Source: Pirellulales bacterium
Lineage (GTDB): Bacteria > Planctomycetota > Planctomycetia > Pirellulales > JADZDJ01
Assembly (NCBI GenBank): GCA_963820835.1
Contig: CAWGBP010000014.1
Location: 5,715 to 69,714 of the forward strand
Direction of reading: 5' to 3'
Length of the DNA stretch: 64,000 nucleotides
Under the pieces are notes generated by a model. That model had not been told where the DNA came from. It saw nothing but the letters and a program-made list of their open reading frames with translations, and ran no database searches. Positions 41,475 to 53,571 of this stretch are shown piece after piece. The translations under genes were made by a program, and so were the position numbers. Each line of letters starts with the position of its first letter. Position 1 is the first letter of the stretch.

Positions 41475-43661
41475 ATGCCCACAGATCGTCCGCATCGACG
41501 ACCCACTTCGCCCCGAGAAAGGGAATCGGCCTTGCTACGCCCCGCGACCTACGCACATCCTGCGCTGCAGTTTACGCATCCGCTGCCGTATGGCGCCATT
41601 TTGCACGATGGTGGCGTGCAGTTCGTTGTCTTCAGCCGCTCAGCCACAGCCATGCGGCTATTGCTGTACAACCGGGTCGACGATCCCGAGCCGGAGGACG
41701 TCATCGAATTCGATGGCGACACCGACCGCTGGGGCGACATTTGGAGCGTTTACGTGCCGGGCATTAGCGCCGGCCAGTTGTATCACTTCCAGTGCGACGG
41801 GCCGTACGATCCTGAGCACGGCATGCGGTTCAATAGCCGGGCGCGATTGATCGACCCCTACGCCAAAGCGCTCGCCGGCCACTTCCTACCGAGCGAAGAC
41901 GGACTGGTGCGGCCGCCGAAGTGCGTTGTGATCGACGATAATTTCGATTGGGAAACCGACCGCCATTTGAAGCGCCCGCTGGCCGACACGATCATTTATG
42001 AAATGCACGTGCGCGGTTTCACGCGCGACGGCACCAGCGGCGCGGATCATCCCGGCACATACTTGGGAGTAATCGAAAAGATCCCCTACCTGAAGTCGCT
42101 CGGGGTGACGGCCGTCGAGCTAATGCCGGTGTTGGAATATCCCATGGAATCCCCCTGGGGCCATAAGCTCGATCGGCCGAACTATTGGGGATACGACCCG
42201 CTGGCATTCTTTGCGCCGCACCAAGGCTACGCGGCCAGCAGCGAGCCCGGCGCTCAGGTGGTCGAATTCAAGCAAATGGTGAAGGCCCTGCACGAAGCCG
42301 GCATCGAAGTCATTCTCGATGTCGTGTTTAACCACACCGCCGAAGGCAATGAACTAGGTCCCACGCTTAGCTTCAAAGGACTGGAAAACCGCGTCTACTA
42401 CATGCTCGGTAACGGTGGCAGCTTTTACCGCAACTTCACCGGTTGCGGCAACACGATCAACGGAAATCATCCCATCGTCCGAGAAATGCTCTTCTTGTGC
42501 CTTCGGCACTGGGTGCAAACGTATCACATCGATGGTTTCCGCTTCGATTTGGCCTCGATCTTAAGCCGCGACCGCAATGGCGAAATCATTCCTAATCCGC
42601 CCGTCGTGGAAATGATTGCCGAAGACCCGCTCTTGTCGGATACCAAGGTCATTGCCGAAGCGTGGGATGCCGCCGGGGCGTATCAAGTCGGCTCGTTCGC
42701 TAATCTGCGCTGGGCCGAATGGAACGGGCGCTATCGCGACGACGTGCGGCGCTATTGGCGCGGCGATACCCATCTGATTGGCGATTTGGCCACGCGGCTG
42801 GCCGGTTCGGCCGATTTGTACCAGGCCGGCGGACGGCAACCGTACCACAGCATTAATTTCGTCACCAGCCACGACGGTTTCACCCTGAACGATTTGGTCA
42901 GCTATTCGCACAAGCATAATGAGGATAACGGCGAAGGAAATCGCGACGGCGACGATAACGGCTATGGCGCTAATTACGGCGTCGAAGGGCCGACGCGAAA
43001 ATTGGCGATCGAAGCGGTGCGACAGCGGCAAATCAAGAATTTTTTGGCCACGCTGCTCTTAAGCCAAGGCGTGCCGATGCTCCTTGCAGGCGATGAATGC
43101 CGGCGCACTCAGCGCGGCAACAACAATGCCTATTGCCAAGACAATCAGATTTCTTGGTTCGATTGGTCACTGGTGGATAAAAACGCCGATCTGGTGCGAT
43201 TCGTCAAGGGACTGATCGCGCTGCGGCGCAGCAACCCCAGCCTGCGGCGGCGAAGCTTCTTAAGCGGCATTCCGACTAAGCAGGGAGAGCTGCCCGACGT
43301 AAGCTGGTTCAATGCCATGGGACGCGCCGTCGATTGGCGCGGCCTCGAAGAGCAATCGCTGGTGTGCGTTTTTGGCGCGGTTTCGCGGCCGCGCGCCGAG
43401 CGCGAACCGACTGAAGCCATTCGCCTGGAAAACGGCCAAGATGTGGCACGCAGCGTGATGCTGATGTTGAATCCATGCGGACAGGCGCGCGAATTCGTCA
43501 TTCCCGATTTGGTGCGCACCCTTCGCTGGCGCAAGTTTATCGACACCGCCGCCGCGCCGCCGGCCGATATCTATCCGGCGCTCGACGGACCTGAGCCGCC
43601 GCTGCGCGGTCCTATACTCGTGCCTGAGCGCTCGCTCATCTGCTACCTGGCCGAAAAGTAA
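41475..43661 (+). CDS. glgX: Glycogen debranching enzyme / isoamylase
   Basis: YEMHVRGFT, NYWGYDP, DVVFNHTAEG, DGFRFDLAS, IAEAWD, SHDGFTL. Confidence 0.95.
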   Translation: MPTDRPHRRPTSPRERESALLRPATYAHPALQFTHPLPYGAILHDGGVQFVVFSRSATAMRLLLYNRVDDPEPEDVIEFDGDTDRWGDIWSVYVPGISAGQLYHFQCDGPYDPEHGMRFNSRARLIDPYAKALAGHFLPSEDGLVRPPKCVVIDDNFDWETDRHLKRPLADTIIYEMHVRGFTRDGTSGADHPGTYLGVIEKIPYLKSLGVTAVELMPVLEYPMESPWGHKLDRPNYWGYDPLAFFAPHQGYAASSEPGAQVVEFKQMVKALHEAGIEVILDVVFNHTAEGNELGPTLSFKGLENRVYYMLGNGGSFYRNFTGCGNTINGNHPIVREMLFLCLRHWVQTYHIDGFRFDLASILSRDRNGEIIPNPPVVEMIAEDPLLSDTKVIAEAWDAAGAYQVGSFANLRWAEWNGRYRDDVRRYWRGDTHLIGDLATRLAGSADLYQAGGRQPYHSINFVTSHDGFTLNDLVSYSHKHNEDNGEGNRDGDDNGYGANYGVEGPTRKLAIEAVRQRQIKNFLATLLLSQGVPMLLAGDECRRTQRGNNNAYCQDNQISWFDWSLVDKNADLVRFVKGLIALRRSNPSLRRRSFLSGIPTKQGELPDVSWFNAMGRAVDWRGLEEQSLVCVFGAVSRPRAEREPTEAIRLENGQDVARSVMLMLNPCGQAREFVIPDLVRTLRWRKFIDTAAAPPADIYPALDGPEPPLRGPILVPERSLICYLAEK

Positions 43662-43899
43662 ACCGGACCTTCGATCGCATCTCACAAGCGGCCTGATGCT
43701 GCGCTGCGTCCATCGCTGGCCAGAATCTTAGCTGGCAGGGTTTCCGCGGCCCGCCATGCGCGAGATAGCGGTTTCTCGGCTAAAAACGCCCACTTTTGGC
43801 CCATTTGTAACATCGGGCCACCGTCAACGCTTATCTCCTTGGACAGACGAGGCACTTCGCCCCGTCGAACCTCCAACAAATCAGACCAAGGAGATACCC

Positions 43900-44880
43900 A
43901 TGTTTACGCTTTCCATCACTCGCGTACGAACGGGACTGGCATCGTTGGCCATTGTGTTTGCTGCCAGTAACTTCGCCGTCGCCGGCGGAATTGGCGGCAA
44001 ATTGTTCTCTGGCAGTTCCGCCAATTCCAACCGCGGCAACAACACGATTTCCCAGAACACGCAGAACAACAACTTTTTCAGTCAGAACAACACGAGCAAC
44101 CGCGTTCTGGCCAACCAAAAACCTATCGTGTTGAACAATGTGGGCAACAACACGGGCAACAACAAGAGCGACAAAAATATTCTGAATATCAACAAAGTCG
44201 ACAACAAGCTGGCGCTGAACAACAGCCTTGGCAATAAGAAAATATCAGACAACTTCGCCGGCAAGAAAATTCTGCTGTCGGATAACCAAGATAAGAAGCT
44301 CGACAAGAAGTGCGACCCCTGCCACGACAAGTGCTGCTTCCACTCGTGCCCGTGGTGGTACTGCTGGAACTACCCCTGCTGGACTCCGCTGTACGGCTGC
44401 GGCTGCGGTTACTGGTACGATGTGCCGGTGGTCGAAGTTCAGGGGCTCGATCTGCAACTGTTGGCCGTGCGAATGGTCGACAGCGGCGATCCGGAGAATA
44501 ACCTCGGCCCGGCGTTCCGCGTGTGGTTCCGCAACAATAGCAATGTGACGATCGACCACGGCTTCAACGTCCTGGTGCTTGCCGCCCATGATGCGACTCC
44601 GACGGCCGACCTGCCGCAAGCCGGTGTCCGGATTCCCTCGATTGAAGCCGGTCAAACCTTGGCCGCCGACATTCGCCTGCCCGTAGCAGCCAATCAGCCT
44701 GGCCTCCCCATGCTGCACGTGCTGGTCGATAGCCATCGCGAGATTCCGGAAGTGAACGAAGCCAATAATGGCATGGTTTTGGCCCGCGGCGACATTTTGC
44801 CGGTCGAAATGCCAGCGAAAACGACGGCCGGTGGCGAGGGTGGAACGGCTTCCACTGCCCCGGCCGCTGATGCCAACTAA
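43900..44880 (+). CDS. Secreted protein with an Asn-rich region, a Cys/Trp-rich segment and a CARDB-like Ig domain
   Basis: AAGGAG RBS, signal peptide, VDSHREIPEVNEANN CARDB-like ending. Confidence 0.75.
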   Translation: MFTLSITRVRTGLASLAIVFAASNFAVAGGIGGKLFSGSSANSNRGNNTISQNTQNNNFFSQNNTSNRVLANQKPIVLNNVGNNTGNNKSDKNILNINKVDNKLALNNSLGNKKISDNFAGKKILLSDNQDKKLDKKCDPCHDKCCFHSCPWWYCWNYPCWTPLYGCGCGYWYDVPVVEVQGLDLQLLAVRMVDSGDPENNLGPAFRVWFRNNSNVTIDHGFNVLVLAAHDATPTADLPQAGVRIPSIEAGQTLAADIRLPVAANQPGLPMLHVLVDSHREIPEVNEANNGMVLARGDILPVEMPAKTTAGGEGGTASTAPAADAN

Positions 44881-44961
44881 CCAGTTGTACCACAGGCATC
44901 GTGGGAGAGTTGATAGAGGCTGATGAAATCGGGAATTGTCCGGTCGTGCGGGTTGGCTCAT

Positions 44962-44988
44962 CTGGCCGCCGCACGGCCGGTTTTTTTT
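44962..44988 (+). terminator. Intrinsic terminator
   Basis: ctggccg-ccgca-cggccgg followed by T8. Confidence 0.7.
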
Positions 44989-45390
44989 GCGCCGCAAAGC
45001 GGCTTCTCAGATTCATCGGACGACTGTTGCCGGCAAATAAATGGCGAAAAAGCCGACGCACCGCTTGCTAAGTTTGCCCTAACTTCATAGGCTATTGGCC
45101 AAAGATTAGGCGTGATGGTGGCGGACCATCCGACACAGTCTGTGGGAGACGAGTGAGAGGCATGTGATCGCGTCGGCCCCGCCGAAATGGCGCCAATCTT
45201 GCTGGAGCGAGTGGCTCCGGCACTTGTCGAAAGCACGCGCTTTTCAGTGCGAATCGTTCACTTCCCTACGCGCAAGCATTCGCTTCGCGGAGCGGAATAA
45301 GCACGGCTGACAAGCAATCGGTTTTGGCGAAATAGGCGCACGCTGAACTGAAAACGCAGGGCCCAAACCAGCGCCAGGGAGTAGCGTCGC

Positions 45391-45603
45391 ATGCCGGCGG
45401 GAACTATCAAGAAATTAGTGCAGGACAAAGGGTTTGGATTCATCGCCACCAGCGATGGAACCGACGTGTTCTTTCATCACACGACGGTCGCGGATCGCGG
45501 TTTCGATAATTTGGAAGTCGGCCAGCAGGTCGAGTTCACGGTTGACTCTCAAGGCGGAAATAAAGGCAAAGGTCCCCGCGCCGCCTCGGTTACGCCCCAG
45601 TAG
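45391..45603 (+). CDS. Cold-shock domain protein
   Basis: RNP1 KGFGFI, RNP2 VFFH, KGPRAASV. Confidence 0.92.
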   Translation: MPAGTIKKLVQDKGFGFIATSDGTDVFFHHTTVADRGFDNLEVGQQVEFTVDSQGGNKGKGPRAASVTPQ

Positions 45604-45792
45604 TTCGCCTGCGCCTGACTACGATTGCGAGAATCGGCTGGCTAGGTGTACGCGCACGTAGCGCGCAAAACGAGCGCGCCCGATTGCCGAATCTGATCGC
45701 CAGTGCGGCCGCCCCGCCCCAACAACTCAGGGCCTGTCAAACGCGGCGCTTAGCGACAAGTTCGGAGCGCTGAGCTGAGTCGCTGTCAATCC

Positions 45793-46914
45793 TTAAAACC
45801 CCGTCCCGGTCACCGTATTGCCGTCGTGTCGATTGGCCAAGTATTGGTGTACGCCGGGTGTGGTGCGTCCGCTGGGACCGTCGGGATCGGCCGAGTCGAT
45901 GGTGTAGGAAATCGAATGCACCGAACCATCGCAGAACACCATATTGAACGTGGAAACGTGAGCGCCGCCCCAGCGATTGTAGTCGGCTCGGTCGTTCGTG
46001 GCGTTAACGCGATTGGCATCGTGCCGCGGTGCATGATAAGCAGCCACGTACATATCGTTGTCGAAACCCACCCACGCCCACTCATTGTCGGATTGGTCGA
46101 GCCCGGTGGAGTACTCGTCGACGTAGAGAAATTTTTCGCCGACCATATAGGTGTTACTTGTACCATCGGTAATGTCTTTGATACGAACACTGCTGCGCTG
46201 GAACGATACGCCGGAAAAGGTGTTCGCCAGGTTCGTGGGCCAGTCGAAATTCCCGGGAGCCGGAAACGTGGTTGGGGCCAGGCGGTCGTTGCCCGAGCCG
46301 CTGCCGGCATTCAGCTCGTTTCCATAAATGGAATTTAATGTGGCGCCGTCGAGCTGATAGGCGACTTTATCGACATCGCCGCAATTTGCGCTGTAATCGG
46401 AGCGGGCCACAGTTTGCGGCAATGTTCCACCGGCGCCGGTGACATTGTAGACGGTGTATGTCGACGCCGGCGGAAAAGGGTAGGCGCCTATTTCGGAGCG
46501 GCGCGAGGGACACAAAAGACCGGCCACTGGGGAATTCATTTGCTGCGCCAAGGCGTTTGCTTTCGCCGAGCCCGCCAGGCCTTTACCCAGATCGTGCGTC
46601 GATCTTTCTTCCAAGTACGGAAGGCAATTGTAGGCCCAACCGCCGGGCTGGTTCTTCGCATAACCCGCGTCAGGATCACCGGTCCAATTCCAGAACCAGC
46701 CGCCGGTGGGAAAATAGCCCAGCGCGCTTTGATGGTTCAGCCACGCCAGCCCGATTTGGCGCAGATGATTTTTGCACTCGGTGTTTCTCGCCGCCTCGCG
46801 AGCCGCTTGAACGGCCGGGAGCAACAGCGCGATGAGAATCGCGATGATGGCAATGACCACCAACAACTCGACCAACGTAAATCCGCGCCGCGAATTGAAA
46901 CGGTAACGGCACAT
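45793..46914 (-). CDS. DUF1559 prepilin-type N-terminal cleavage/methylation domain protein
   Basis: [43 protein letters not shown]9-DG ([14 protein letters not shown]). Confidence 0.94.
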   Translation of the reverse strand: MCRYRFNSRRGFTLVELLVVIAIIAILIALLLPAVQAAREAARNTECKNHLRQIGLAWLNHQSALGYFPTGGWFWNWTGDPDAGYAKNQPGGWAYNCLPYLEERSTHDLGKGLAGSAKANALAQQMNSPVAGLLCPSRRSEIGAYPFPPASTYTVYNVTGAGGTLPQTVARSDYSANCGDVDKVAYQLDGATLNSIYGNELNAGSGSGNDRLAPTTFPAPGNFDWPTNLANTFSGVSFQRSSVRIKDITDGTSNTYMVGEKFLYVDEYSTGLDQSDNEWAWVGFDNDMYVAAYHAPRHDANRVNATNDRADYNRWGGAHVSTFNMVFCDGSVHSISYTIDSADPDGPSGRTTPGVHQYLANRHDGNTVTGTGF

Positions 46915-47510
46915 GGCGGCACTCCTCTGTCCTAAGACTTGCGCAAAACGCGCGACAACAGCCAGCAAAATGAGAAAAGCAAGCGCGCTAGTTCGCGAGG
47001 CAACCGCGTTGAACTTTCGGAATCCGAACTCTTATCGCACGGCATCAGCCAAAAAGCTGCCTGGGCGATGGCCCGCGAAAGAATTCGTCATGATCGGTGC
47101 CTTGGCCTAACGCAAATCGTTAAAAATTGGTATAAGCAAATTGGCACCGAGTGTCAACGGAAAAATTAAAGAATTCTTGACGGCACGAGCTTACATCGAG
47201 CGAATTATTATCGAAATAATCCGATATATTGTCGCGCTTCTCGCCTTAGATTTCTGGCGACATGCCATAAATATGGGATTGACGTCGACGGACGTCGATG
47301 TTCGTGCGAACGCTAACAATAATAGATAATTGGTCACGCGAATTCGGTTCAAATCTACTCAGCTGCGAGATCCATTTAAAGCCGCAATCAGTCGCTCGGT
47401 TTTTCGACTTTGCCGCCCCCGATATCTGCTCTCGAAAACGCTGCCTTGCCACGACATAATGCGTGCGACTCGCGCCGGCTGGCCATGCTCAATTGTCGTT
47501 CGACTCACCG

Positions 47511-48960
47511 ATGCTCCAGTTCCTTCACGATTTCTGGCCGCACTTGGTGGGCGTGGCCATTTTCGTGATTGAAACGGTAGCCACCGTGCATGCCGTGCTC
47601 TACAAGCGCGATAGCCGCGCGACAATCGGCTGGGTGGGGTTAATTCTGCTAACGCCCCTGTTTGGAGCAATCCTGTATTGGATTTTTGGCGTCAACCGAA
47701 TCCATCGCCGCGCTATTTTGATGCGCGCCGGTCAACCCGAATCCGAGCCGGCAGCGCTCGAGCACGCCGCGCCGCCAGAGAAAGTTGCCGCGATGATGGG
47801 CGCAGGGGCAGCACTTCTTGCGATTGGCCGACCTGATGCGAAACGTAACCAATCGGCCGCTTTTGGAAGGGAACAATATCGAGCCTTTGATCAATGGCGA
47901 TGAGGCATATCCGGCAATGCTCAACGCGATCAATGGCGCCCAGCGCTCAATTAGCTTGGCCTCCTACATATTCGACAACGACCGTGTGGGGCAGATGTTT
48001 GCCGAAGCCTTGACAAAGGCCCACGACCGCGGCGTCACGGTTCGCGTGCTTATCGACGATATCGGGTCGCACTATACGCGGCCCACCATTGTCAAAGTGC
48101 TGCGCGCAGCCAGCGTGCGCACGGAAACTTTCATGCACTCGCTCATGCCAGGCTATGTGGCCTACTTCAACTTACGCAGCCACCGCAAAATCATGGTCGT
48201 TGACGGCCAATTGGGATTCACCGGCGGCATGAATATTCGGGAGGCGAGCTGGCTATCGATGAATCCCGAAGGCCTGACCCAAGACATTCATTTTCGGCTG
48301 ACCGGGCCGGTGGTAGCCCAACTTCAGGAGGTGTTTGCCGAGGATTGGGCATTTACGACCCAAGAAGTACTGGCCGGCGAACTCTGGTATCCGCCGCTTA
48401 AAGCAGCCGGCGAAATGCTTGCACGCGGAATACGCTATGGCCCCGACGAAGATTTAGGGCTGATGCGCATGGGCTTGATCGGCGCGCTCGGAGTAGCCCA
48501 GCACGAAGTTACAATCGTCACACCCTATTTCATTCCCGACGACGCGCTGATTGCGGCGTTAAACGTCGCAGCCATGCGCGGCGTAAATGTGAACATTATT
48601 CTGCCGGTGAAAGGCAATCTGCGCAATGTTCAGTGGGCCATGCAAGCCACGCTGTGGCAGATATTGGAGAAAGGTTGCCGCGTTTGGCTCACTCCTGAAC
48701 CGTTCGATCATTCCAAACTGATGGTAATCGACGGCATTTGGTCGCTCATCGGCTCAGGGAATTGGGATGCCCGCAGCCTGCGGCTAAATTTTGAATTCAA
48801 CGTTGAGGTTTACCACCGCGGGCTGGCCAAACAGATTGGCCAACTAGCCGAAGCCAAACGGATTCAGGCGAAGGAGATTACGCTCACCGACGTTGACAGC
48901 CGCAGGCTGCCCGAGCGGTTGCGCGATGGAGTTGCACGGTTGATGTCACCATATCTGTAA
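47511..48960 (+). CDS. cls: Cardiolipin synthase (frameshift at about 47815)
   Basis: Two N-terminal TM helices; two HKD motifs, HRKIMVVDG and HSKLMVIDG. Confidence 0.9.
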
Positions 48961-49175
48961 GTTTGAAAAGGTTTGCTGCAACCGCATCTAAGCGGACCGA
49001 TTCGCAGACTTCCCAGACGTTCCATCTTGACACTATTGAAAAGCTAGTTAATCGCTAATCTTTTTTTATTTTCGCTAGCTTCTCAATTTGGCAACCTACC
49101 GATATACTCTGCTCGAATGAGCAGAAGAGAGGTGCCGTTCTTAAAAATCCACGTACAGCAGCTGGAGGTCGGGCC

Positions 49176-50817
49176 ATGAAATCAAGATCCAACAAGGACG
49201 CAATTTACAAATTTAAAAATCGTGCCAAGTCGTTTGAGTCTCTCGAGAATCGAAATCTGCTTGCTGGGAACGTAATCGCCAGTAGCGGAACGGGAGCGCT
49301 CATTATTTGGGGTGACAATAGCGCCAACGTCATCACCGTCACCCAGGTTTCGTCGACCAGCTTCAAAGTGGCTGGAGCTGGCACGAAGGTGAATGGTAGC
49401 AACTCCGCCCAAACGTTTACCGGAGTCGTCGATGGAATTTTCATCAATCTATGTGGCGGTTCCGACGTTTTGACCCTCAAGAACTTGAATATCTACGGCA
49501 GCAGCGGCGAGATTAGTCTCGGTGTGATGTTGGGCGACGGGAACGACGCACTGGTGATGACCGGCGTTACAACCTGCGAAGCGTGTGCCATCAATGGTGG
49601 CAGTGGGAATAACGCGATCGCCATCGACAAGAGTCAATTCGGCTACGATCTCGGAATTCAGACTTACGGCGGCATCGATTCAGTCGCCATTACGCACAGC
49701 ACCGTTTATGGCGCCCTGAGCGTTCAATTAGGAGATGGTGTCAATGCGCTATCGATGGTCAACGACTGCGTCGTCGAGATCCGAGCGGCGGGCACCCCGG
49801 TCAGCGATGTGCCCGATGGATTCCAGGTGCTCGATCTGCGCGTTTTTCGATATCGAATGCGGTGCGCAAATCACTGGCGGCAGTAGTGTCGATGCCATTG
49901 CAATGGTCAATGTTCAAATCGATTGCTTGACGCATATCGACACGTGTTCCGGCAACGACAGCGTGGCCATCGTGAATTCGCGATTCGGCAACGCGCGGCT
50001 GCTGTTCGATGGCCTATCACCGGAAATTACTGACGGCGGCAGCGACAGCGGATTGTGCATTGAAACGGGTCTAGCTAACGACGCCGTAAGCATCGTTACC
50101 ACTACGGTTTACGGCTTTTTGCAGGTAGATACCTCTGGACAAGTATGCTGCCCCTGCTGCGATTCAGGCTCCCCCGCGGTGCAGCCTGACACGCCAACCA
50201 CCTCATCGGTGAAAGATGGCAACGACGTCGTGGCGCTGGTGAAGGTCAATGTATATGCTGCTGCCGTAGAGCCAGTCGCACCGACGATTTCGCCCGACGA
50301 AGTATCCAATTCAGGATGCTGCCTCGAAGATGGAACGCTGCTCATTTACACTGGCAACCAGGTCGATGCTGTGGCGCTCACTTCGGTGTGCACCGACTCC
50401 TTCGCGTCGATCTGCACAACGGACTGTGAGAATAGCAGCCTCGACGGCACCGACGCCGTGGCCATTGCCAATAGCAAGTTCAACCAGGAAGACGAATGCA
50501 CGCGCGACGTCGGCTTGTGCGTCTTCACCGGCAACGGCAACGACGCTGTTTCGATTGCCAAGACCAATGTGGTCGGCAAGACACTCATCGACACCGGTAA
50601 TGGTACCGATGTGGTGACGCTGGCCTTTCTGGTGGCCGACAAGATTTGTGCGGAACTGGGCCCTGGCAATCATGACGTGCTGACGGTTTCTAACTGCACG
50701 GCCACCGACGAGGTGTTCGCCGATGATGGTGGCTCCGGCGGCGTGCTGAGCTATAAGCACTTGAACAACCACTTCACGAATGCGCCGTACATCTCGGGCT
50801 TTAGCACCGTGGTGTGA
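49176..50817 (+). CDS. Secreted beta-solenoid repeat protein, Cys-rich paralogue 4 (frameshift at about 49780-49850)
   Basis: FESLENRNLLAGNV start; TGNGNDAV repeats; C-terminal NHF...GFSTVV. Confidence 0.77.
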
Positions 50818-50932
50818 GTTTGATCAGAAGTCTGCCTTAAAGACATTAATGGAAATCAACACGGCCGTTGGCTCGTCCAGCGGCCGTGTTTTTGCATCTC
50901 CAGTGTTCGGCCAATACTTTGGAGGTCCTCCG

Positions 50933-52708
50933 ATGAAACGCCCTTGCAAGCTGTTTGACCGCCGGAGAACTTTTGAATCCCTCGAGAATCGCAACCTGCT
51001 GGCCGGCAACGTGACCACATCCTACGCGGGCGGCGTGCTTACGCTTACCGGCGATGCGGCGGCCAACAATGTTCAAATTTCAGAAAACAGCAGCTTCGTG
51101 TGGACCGTGAAAGGCAACGCCGGAACCAAGATCGACGGCGCGAATTCGCAAACGTTCTCTACCGTTGTCACCATTAACGCCGATTTGGCAGCAGGCAACG
51201 ACGTGCTGGCGGTGCAAAACGGATCGCTGCTGGGAGAGCTGAACGTCCAATACACGCCGGGCGTTAGCGGCTCTAAAACGACGCAAATCAGCAATCTGCA
51301 AGTTGCCGCCTTGGATGTGGAACAGGCCACCGCGGGCAGCAATGTCGTCTCGTTGAACAACGTGTTTCTTACCACTACCGGCCCATGCAAAGTTGTGACC
51401 GGCGACCGCAACGACGTGGTGACGGAGAATAAAGTCACCGCATTTGCCGCGCAAATCACCACCAACGGCGGCAACGATGTGGTCACCGTCACCAATTGCT
51501 ATGGCGCTGATGCCATCGATGTGGAAACCGGCGATGGGAGCGATGTGGCGACGGTCAGAGACAGTCATTCAGACGCCGAAATCAAAATCGACACCGGCGA
51601 AAATCCCACCGATGGCAACGATGTGATCAACTTTAGCGGCCTTCAGTCTGACTCACTGATCGTGGAAGACCTATACGGCTCCAACACCGTCGTGGGGAAG
51701 AATTCGTCGACCACCGGCGGCGCAATCGACATCGACATGGACGCCGGCAACGATACGGTCATCCTTTCTGGATTGCATGCCGGCGAAGCCTTGTTGGTTT
51801 ACGTGCAGAGTGGCAAGAACGTGGCGACGGTCACCAATTGCACGTCCGCTGGGGAGTTGTATATCCAAGGCGTGGGCCCGGCTTCGACGCGCAACGTGAT
51901 CACCGTCGCCAACTCCAAGAGCACCGCCGAACAATTCTCGATGGACCTTAGCGATGGGACCGACGTGGTAACTGTCAACAATGTTTCAGCGGCAGCCGAT
52001 TCCTACTTTCACGGCTATGGCGGGGCCAACGTGCTTAGCGTTAACAAGCTGCACATCAACGGCAAATACAGCCTAATTACATTGGATGGCAACGATACGG
52101 TCGTCCTGGAAGCAGTTTCGCTCGCGCCCGGTTCCACCAGCGGCGATTTGACGATTGAATTGGGAAACGGACGCAATTCGGCTGTGATCGATCGACTAGC
52201 CTGCGATAACTTGAGCCTTGACGGCGGAAACCAAATCGACGCTGTGACGATGACCAATTCCAGCACTCGCGGACAATCGATGCTCGAACTGAGCAATGGA
52301 AACAATGTGGTCAGTGTCAACGGCGTGCACTCGGGATCCGGATTTTTTATTTTCACCGGCGGAGACAACGACGTGATCGCAGTTGCCAATGCCCGCGGCG
52401 ATACTGGTTTTACCCTCGACGCGGGGCACGGGAATAATCGTGTCTCGATCGTCAACTGCAGCACCGACGGCGAGGCCGACCTGGCAACGGGCAATGGCAC
52501 CGACACAATGACTATCAGCAGCCTGAATGCAGGACTAATCACGATTTCGCTTAATGGCGGCAACAACGATTTACTGACGATTGTAAACAGCACCTCACTG
52601 AGCGATGCGTTCCTCGATGGCGGCAACGGCTCGGGCGACACGCTTGTTAAAACACATAACAATTTGGGCTCGCCAACCATCACCGGCTTTGAACGCGTGA
52701 TAGGATGA
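50933..52708 (+). CDS. Secreted beta-solenoid repeat protein, paralogue 5
   Basis: GGAGG RBS; FESLENRNLLAGNV; about 22-aa repeats; GFERVIG end. Confidence 0.82.
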   Translation: MKRPCKLFDRRRTFESLENRNLLAGNVTTSYAGGVLTLTGDAAANNVQISENSSFVWTVKGNAGTKIDGANSQTFSTVVTINADLAAGNDVLAVQNGSLLGELNVQYTPGVSGSKTTQISNLQVAALDVEQATAGSNVVSLNNVFLTTTGPCKVVTGDRNDVVTENKVTAFAAQITTNGGNDVVTVTNCYGADAIDVETGDGSDVATVRDSHSDAEIKIDTGENPTDGNDVINFSGLQSDSLIVEDLYGSNTVVGKNSSTTGGAIDIDMDAGNDTVILSGLHAGEALLVYVQSGKNVATVTNCTSAGELYIQGVGPASTRNVITVANSKSTAEQFSMDLSDGTDVVTVNNVSAAADSYFHGYGGANVLSVNKLHINGKYSLITLDGNDTVVLEAVSLAPGSTSGDLTIELGNGRNSAVIDRLACDNLSLDGGNQIDAVTMTNSSTRGQSMLELSNGNNVVSVNGVHSGSGFFIFTGGDNDVIAVANARGDTGFTLDAGHGNNRVSIVNCSTDGEADLATGNGTDTMTISSLNAGLITISLNGGNNDLLTIVNSTSLSDAFLDGGNGSGDTLVKTHNNLGSPTITGFERVIG

Positions 52709-52912
52709 GAGCCGTGCCTGGTGGTAGCGCGTCGTACTTGATTCGATTCCGGTCAATTTGGAATTGCGCCAGCCAATTGGGTCTGATAACTTTTTCCCAA
52801 GCAGCCGAAACACTCCTGCCCCATTGGTAGTCTTTTCGTTTATTTCTCCCGGCGCACCTTTTGCAAGCCCACGCGCGATCACATTTAGCCCCGATTTTAC
52901 GGAGAAAACATC

Positions 52913-53571
52913 ATGCGCGCCACTCGTTCTCGCTCCCGGGCTTTTCGTTTTGAAACTCTAGAAAACCGCGCCATGCTGGCCGGCAATGTGCTGGCCAGCG
53001 TCTCCGGCACGACGCTTAATATTACTGGCGACGCGGCAGCCAATTCCATTCAGATCACCCAAAATTCCAGCGGCAATTGGAAGGTGACCGGTGTCGCCAC
53101 GAAGGTCAACGGCAGCAGCTCATTTACCAGCAACACGCTTGTGACCGACATCCTAATCGATCTGATGGCCGGCAACGACACCACCAACATCTCCAAGGGC
53201 AGCCTAAGCGGCGAAATTCTCTGGAGCGATGCTTCGGGCAACGACACCTAAACGTTTCGGCAAGCGACTTCCTCTCGGTTAACACCGGTAGCGGCAGAGA
53301 CAGCATTGCCATCGTCAAAGGCTCCGCTGGTAGCGACGTCGTTGTCGATACGGGCGACAATACCGATGCCGTGACCCTAAGCTCAGTTTCCGCCGCGGGC
53401 AACATGAACGTTGATTTGGACGGTGGCAACAACGACGTACTGACCGTTGTCAATTCCCGCGCGTTGGCCGCCAATTTCGACGGCGGAGACGGTTCCGGCG
53501 ATACGCTCATCCGTTCGCACAACAATTTCGGAACGCAAACCGATTTGAATTTCGAACACATCATCGGCTAA
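52913..53571 (+). CDS. Secreted beta-solenoid repeat protein, short paralogue 6 (frameshift at about 53245)
   Basis: FETLENRAMLAGNV start; C-terminus NFEHIIG in ORF 53077-53571. Confidence 0.75.
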
